DNA of 64,000 nucleotides from Prasinococcaceae sp. CCMP 1430 (taxonomy: Eukaryota; Plantae; Prasinodermophyta). The number at the start of each line of letters is the position of its first letter. The first letter of the stretch is position 1. Below are positions 58,526-64,000 of the stretch, piece by piece. A model generated the notes under the pieces. It saw nothing but the letters and a program-made list of their open reading frames with translations. It was not told where the DNA came from and did no database searches. The position numbers and the translations under genes are program-made. Location of the stretch: the NCBI GenBank assembly GCA_013416795.1, contig RQSC01000015.1:105696-169695 (forward strand). Direction: 5' to 3'.

Positions 58526-60759
58526 ATGTCACCGCATGGCTCGCCCGTCTTAGGCGGGCTCGCCCGCTCGCTCGACGAGGGCGCCAAGTCTGGCGACCTA
58601 GCGCTGTCATGGCAGTCTCCGGGCGATGACAGCCAATTACCGCGGCGCGCGGCTCACCCGCTGGCGCTCCTGGGCTTGCGCGTGGCCGTGGTCGCGTGCG
58701 GAGGCGTCTGGGCGCACTTGGTGCTGCCCGCGCGGCTGACGGCATTCAAGACTGCGCTTCACGCGGTGCGCGTGCTGGTTCTGTGGTATCAGCCACAGCT
58801 CGAGCGCGCGTGTGGGCTCCGCTTCGCCGACGCAGCCGAGGAGGCGCGCTTCGCAGAGCGCAGCCTGGCGAGGCTACCAGCGAAGCCCCTGATGATGTCG
58901 GTGTCATTCGGAGTCTGCGCGGCCTTCAACTGCCGCGTCCTGTTTTTGCAGTCCGGCAGCACACTGCCAGACTCGTTTGAGGAGTTCTTCAATTACGGAG
59001 CCGGGCTCTTTTTTATGATGATCATCTTCATGTGGTGCTTGGTGGCCAAGCATCCCTATGGACCACTTTTTGGGGGCAAATGTCAGGTGGCCAAGACAAT
59101 CGGGGTGCACCTCTCTATGGTGGATGTCATTTGGTTCATCTTTCACATTGCTGCGCCGATTGACTTTGCGCTGCGAAGCCCGGACGAGACGTTCCTGCGC
59201 GACGACTTCACCATGCTGGTCGATAGCGTGGGAATCCCGTTTGTCATGACGGTCATCCCGTGCCGCACCGGCTGGATGGACTTCGTAGCCACTCGGCTTG
59301 TCTCCGTCTCGCAATTCGGACCGCACTTCTACACCAAGCTGCACTACACGCTGCCGTTGCTCGGAAGCTTCCTTAGCACATATCTGTACCGGCGCATGGA
59401 GCGGTCGGTGTTTGAAATGGAGCATCGCGCCGCGCGCGCGATGAACCGGCGCCTGGGACTGGCGCTGTGCTTTCTGTCGCACGAGGTGCGCAACAACGTC
59501 GCCCCTGTGCAACGTATCATAGCGGATGGCCTTGCCGATGGGTCCGACAAGGCGGCAGCCATCGTGGCGCTAGAGACGGTGTCTGGCATTTTAGAGAACG
59601 TCCTCACGCTGGCCAAGCTGAGCACGCCGGGCAGGAGCGGAGGGTCTGAAGAAGCGGTGTTTCCGCATGCGCCCTTCCAGTTGCGCGACCTCGCGCATGC
59701 CGCGGCGCTGGTTGGGGCACGCAGCGTGCTGCCAGGGGTGAACTTCGTGACCGACCCCCCGCAGCTGGGCGAGAACGCCGTCGCAAGCGACGTGTGGGTC
59801 GATAGCTCGAGGACGGCCCTCGTGCAGGTGCTCAACAACTTACTGAGCAACGCGTGCAAGTTCACCAGCTCAGGCGAGGTGCGCCTCGAGTGGCACGCCG
59901 AAACGCGCGCAATCGGCGCGGAGGGCTATCCGGGTGAGGTTGAGCTTCGTGTGCGTGTGTCGGACACCGGGCGGGGCATACCTCGAGAGCAGCTCGCGAG
60001 TGTCCTGCAGGAATTCGGACGCGTGCGGACGGGGCGATCAGCCGAGGAAGGAACAGGATTGGGGCTGCCACTCTCGAAACGCCTAGTTGAAAGCCTCGGC
60101 GGCACCTTCCGATTGGACTCGACGCCGGGCGTGGGCACGACGGTATCGATTGCGCTGCGGCTACCACGCGCGTCGCCCAGGACGCACGTCAGCGTGGATA
60201 CGGAACTCGAGCAATGTCTTCAAGCCATCGACGACGACGATGCGAATGCCGGGGACGTGTTGGTCGCGGACGACAGCCGGCTGTGCCGAATGGTCATGCG
60301 ACGCGTGGTCAAGCGGCTTGGGTTCTCGTACAAGGAATGTGAGGATGGCGACGAGGTGCTGGCAGAGGTGTGTCCTCCAATTCAAGACAGCTGCGCAAGT
60401 GCTCGCCTCGCCCGCCCTAGCGTTTGTCGCGTGCGCGTGTTGGCTCGTCGCCCGCTCCGCTGCGCGCTGACTGACGACGCCGGGCCTGATTCGCACAGGT
60501 GGTGAGCGAGGGCGGCGTCCTAAAACGCTACGGCGTCATCTTGCTGGATATGCACATGTCGCGCATGCGAGGCGACGAGACGTGCCAGCATCTGCGCGCG
60601 GCAGGGTATCGCGGATATGTCGCGCTCGTCACAGGCAATTCACTGAGCCAGGACGAGCGCGAGGAACTGGTCGACCGCTGCGGCTTGTCGCACGTATTTA
60701 CCAAGGGCGCGCGCCCTAGCTGGGAGGACCTGCTCGCTACCTGGCAGCGGCGGCGCTGA
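58526..60759 (+). CDS. Membrane-bound hybrid sensor histidine kinase (HisKA, HATPase, receiver); join(58526..60367,60499..60759)
   Basis: H-box FLSHEVRNN, N-box QVLNNLLSNACKFT, G1 DTGRGI, G2 GTGLGL; receiver VLVADD...ILLDMHM...VTG...TK; phase-0 intron. Confidence 0.93.
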
Positions 60760-60982
60760 GCGTCAGCGAGCGCGGGGGGTGCACGCAGTGGTGGCGGCGG
60801 GTCATCACGATGTAAAACATCTAGAGTCGGCTCGCTTGCTTGGAGCTCAGGCGTAGACGTGCATGCGCACTCCCACGCGTGGCCACGGCCAGCCACCAAT
60901 TTTCAGCCACCAAACGTTCGCTCACATCGATCGGTACATCGCAAGAACAGTGAAACTGAAACCTGCCAAAAACAGAAATATC

Positions 60983-60992
60983 TAAACCCTAA
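60983..60992 (+). promoter_or_regulatory. Telo-box-like motif TAAACCCTAA immediately upstream of the HA-repeat gene ATG
   Basis: Matches the plant-type telomere repeat/telo-box; similar TTTAGGG motifs at ~37097, ~39722 and ~39750 in intergenic regions. Confidence 0.4.
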
Positions 60993-60996
60993 TGCG

Positions 60997-62190
60997 ATGG
61001 ACACCTTTCTGCGCGTGTGGCGCGCTCGCGGGCGGGCGAGGTCCCACTTGTACGCCCTGGGTGGGGGGGGCACACGCCGCGCGGGGCCGCCCCGGCGCGC
61101 ACGTGCGCTGCGCGAGCGCCGAGCGCTGCGCGGGCGCCGAGCTTCTTGTGCGGCCACGGCAGAGCCGCCGTCGCCGCAAGAGGCCTTCGAGAAGAGCCTC
61201 GAGCAGCTGGCGGCGTATCGCGAGCAGTGGGGCCACGCGGCGCCCACGCTCGGAACACCGCTTGGGCGCTGGGCATATGCGCAGCGCGGGCTGAAGGTGT
61301 GTCATCGCCACGCGCTCGCACGCGCCTCGTTCCTCGTGCGCTTGGGCAGGCGTGCATGATTGGAGTGCGGCGCGCCTGCGCGTCCCACCGCACAGACAAG
61401 CTGCTGACAAGGCCCGCCTCTGTGTCGCCGCCGCGCCACGCCGCCGCAGGCCAGGGGCGCGCTGAGCGACGAGCGCATCGCCGCCCTCGAGGCTCTCGGC
61501 TTCAGCTGGGAGCATCCACTCGATGCAGAGGTGGCGCAGGCGGATCCAGAGGCGCTCTTCGAGGAGATGTTGGCGCGGCTCGAGGCGTTTCGGGAAGAGG
61601 TGCGTCGCTGCGAGCTCGGCTTAGTCGACGTGTGCAGCAAACCCCGCTTTTCGTGCGTGACGGACGCGCCAGAGTTGTCGCGTACCATGCACGACGCGCT
61701 AGGGCTGCTCGGGGTCCTGTCGGCGGGCAGCAACGTGGGCAGAGGGTGCTAGTCTCGGACTCGGGTGCGCCTGCTGACCCTGCGCGCCTGACATCGACGC
61801 CTGTCTCTTCAGAACGGCCACTGCGCCGTCAAGAAGAAGCACGACGCAGACCCCGCGCTCGGCTACTGGGTGAACGACGTGCGCATTGCCAAGCGCGAGC
61901 GCAGGCTCTCGGAGGCGCAGCAGGCGACGCTAGACGCGATGGGTTTCGAGTGGGAGGCGCGGCGGCAATGCGGTTCGAAGTTTATGAAGGGCTTCCGGGA
62001 GCTGTGCGCCTACCGCGATGAGACGGGAAGCATCGACGTGGAGGCGGCCATCGCGAAGGGGTGTGCCACGGAGCAGGAGGAGCGCCTGGCGGCGTGGGCC
62101 AAGGCGCAGCGCCTGGCGCGCGCCAAGGGCATGCTGAATGACAAACGCGTGGCCTACCTGGACGGCGTTGGCTTCGATTGGAAGAGTTAA
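60997..62190 (+). CDS. Helicase-associated (HA) domain repeat protein with Arg/Ala-rich N-terminal transit-like peptide; 3 exons
   Basis: Three HA repeats: LAAYREQWGH...LGRWAYAQR...RIAALEALGFSW; LEAFREE|NGHCAV...LGYWVNDVR...LDAMGFEW; LAAWAKAQR...LDGVGFDW. Confidence 0.85.
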
Positions 62191-62399
62191 CGAGCGTGAA
62201 AACTATGTACGATTCTGTGTGGCTTTGTATGGGATGGGAGTCGACGCGTGCGAGTGGTGCGTGCGTGCGTGCGGTGTGCGTCTCCGGTCGCGGGCGCGCC
62301 CTCTGTCTGTAGGGGCCTGCCGCTCGCGCCTTCATGTGTCCGCCTGCCCGCCTGCGCCTCTGCGCGAGCCCACTCCCCCGATCCCTCCGTCCGTACCCA

Positions 62400-62582
62400 T
62401 CAGGACATGGCCTGGGGCGCCGGCGCCTTCGCCAGGTCGACGGCGCGGCCCGCAGTGTGGTCGATGGCGCCCGAACACGCCGAGCGCGCCACACAGCCGG
62501 GAACGCAGTAGTACATCGGCAGGCACTCACCGTCCGCCTTACTGCCGTCCACCTCAACAGTCATGGTAAATGGCACACCGAC
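62400..62582 (-). CDS. Possible terminal exons of an unidentified gene (VPFTMTVEVDGSKADG..., YCVPGC...)
   Basis: Coding-like segment after a CAG acceptor; upstream exons not resolved. Confidence 0.3.
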   Translation of the reverse strand, partial: VGVPFTMTVEVDGSKADGECLPMYYCVPGCVARSACSGAIDHTAGRAVDLAKAPAPQAMS

Positions 62583-64000
62583 CTGCGTTCCAAGGGAGCG
62601 CCAGCCGCCGACGTCAGCACACAGAGGGGGGGAGGTGGCGCCGCGAGGCACTGCGCAGTGCGGGGCGGCCAACCTTGTGCTCGATCGCCACCTCGCCGAG
62701 CTTTCCGGTGACCGCATCGGCCACAGCAAAGCGGTTGCCCATGACTGCGCGGTTACGCGCACACGCGCGCAGCGCAGCACAAGAACAGACGTCGGTCAGC
62801 CGTCGCACGGCGGGCGTCGCGCGCGAGGCGCACCACCGCTGCGCATGGCGGCGCGAGCGGACCCCGCGCCGGCTCGCTCGCACGCACGCACCCCATCCCG
62901 CCAGAGGTCAGGAGTGAATGATGACCTTCGTTGGCTTCGTCGGCATTTCTTGCGCGGCGGCGACCCTGCCCATAGGGTCGAGCAAAGACTAGGTCGAGGC
63001 GAGGGGGCTGGGATGCGAGTGGTCGCTCGCTCGCGGAGCTGTGCCGCCCCCGCACCCCGCACCCCGCCCCGCCCCCGCGCGCGAGCGCCGTCCGTTCCCC
63101 TCGCGGCGCCGTCGCGTTTTTTCCCCGCAATAATGAGCGCAGCGAAATGCACGTCCGCGGTTCCGCGAGCACCCGTTTCATTGGCACGCGGCGCGGAGCG
63201 GGTGCGCCGAATTGCAATTGCACCCCCCAACCGACGCCGCGCGCGACCGCCGAAGAAAAATCTGAATCGCTCTCGCGCCGAACTCAAACTGGCCGGGGGG
63301 AACGAACGGTACGCGACCGCAGCCATGATGATCGAAATGCATTCACTCGGCATTGCCATCAAACTCAATGCGTGTTTTGTGGCCTTTTTTGGCTGGCAAT
63401 GTCATGCACGGCGTGCGCCGCGACGCCACACCGTGCGCCGGCGGCGCCTGCGGGCAGCGCGGGGAGGGGAGCGCCGGGGGCGCGCGCGGGGGGATTTGGG
63501 GGGAAGGCAAGGCGAGCTCGCGTAGGCCTGCTGGTCTGGGACCGCCCCATCGGACGGCGCCGCGCCCAGCGCGCCCCGTCCACCCGTGAGCGTTGAAGCG
63601 CGTCTTTTCGCGGGTGTGCGGGAGGCCTTTTCTCTGCGCACGCAGACATCCCGCTCGCCGCGGCGATGTGGCCTGGTGCGGGGGGAGGGCGCGGCGGGGG
63701 GCCATGGCAATCTCCCCAGGATAGTAGGGACGGGGCACTTCCCTCGTCACTGACGCCCGCGGCGAGGCGCGACGGCGACGCGCTGTGGTCCCAGCACGGA
63801 GGTGGGCCAGCGTCGGCAGGTGCGCAGTTGGCGCTGGGCTGGGCAGCGGCTGGGGAGCCTGGGGGGAGCCACAAACGCCGTCCCTGCCTGTGCTCGGCGT
63901 CGCTACGGGAGTCGGCTCCTCGACGACAGCAGATTCGGCACCTACCATGCGCTTGTTGCCGGTGCCCTGCAACCAGCCGTTGCCGGCGCGTGCGCCGGCA

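Noticed and set aside
58526-59400. Histidine-kinase rhodopsin
   Set aside because: No recognisable retinal-binding helix-7 DxxxK motif or rhodopsin helix pattern.
62600-64000. ORFs at the right end of the window
   Set aside because: Low complexity with no recognisable family; cannot be supported.

Overview
Gene-dense, very GC-rich eukaryotic nuclear DNA from a green alga. Evidence: nuclear psaE with spliceosomal introns, GTGCGY donors and GCTGAC branch points, OPR-like and HA-repeat proteins, and E2F/DP machinery; a prasinophyte-like origin is my inference. About 30 protein-coding genes or fragments are present. Housekeeping genes: CDC48 (3' part), SLX1, PfkB kinase, YlmH/Sll1252 S4 protein, CNG/EAG-type K+ channel, RBP45/47, psaE, NBAS/Sec39 fragment, DP, mitochondrial carrier, NDUFS8, EF-hand/EFCAB10-like, GH47 mannosidase, bS6m, SAE1, cap N7-methyltransferase, hybrid histidine kinase and an HA-repeat protein. 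Most notable: (1) a ~2,500-aa SMCHD1-like GHKL-ATPase/SMC-hinge protein with animal-like motifs; (2) an intron-containing bacterial-type LD-carboxypeptidase (S66) near an AsnB-like amidotransferase with a signal peptide and membrane anchor, followed by an MBOAT acyltransferase; (3) an RSG1/CPLANE2-like ciliogenesis GTPase; (4) an APX-like protein that has lost its proximal heme His; (5) a degenerate two-domain DEL/E2F7/8-like protein; (6) a claudin/PMP22-like tetraspan. Several genes are split or truncated at N-gaps and (GC)n tracts, most likely assembly scrambling, including an RBP45/47 exon separated from the rest of its gene by the whole K+ channel gene. No rRNA, tRNA, CRISPR or clear transposase was seen. 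All homology calls come from recalled motifs, not database searches.
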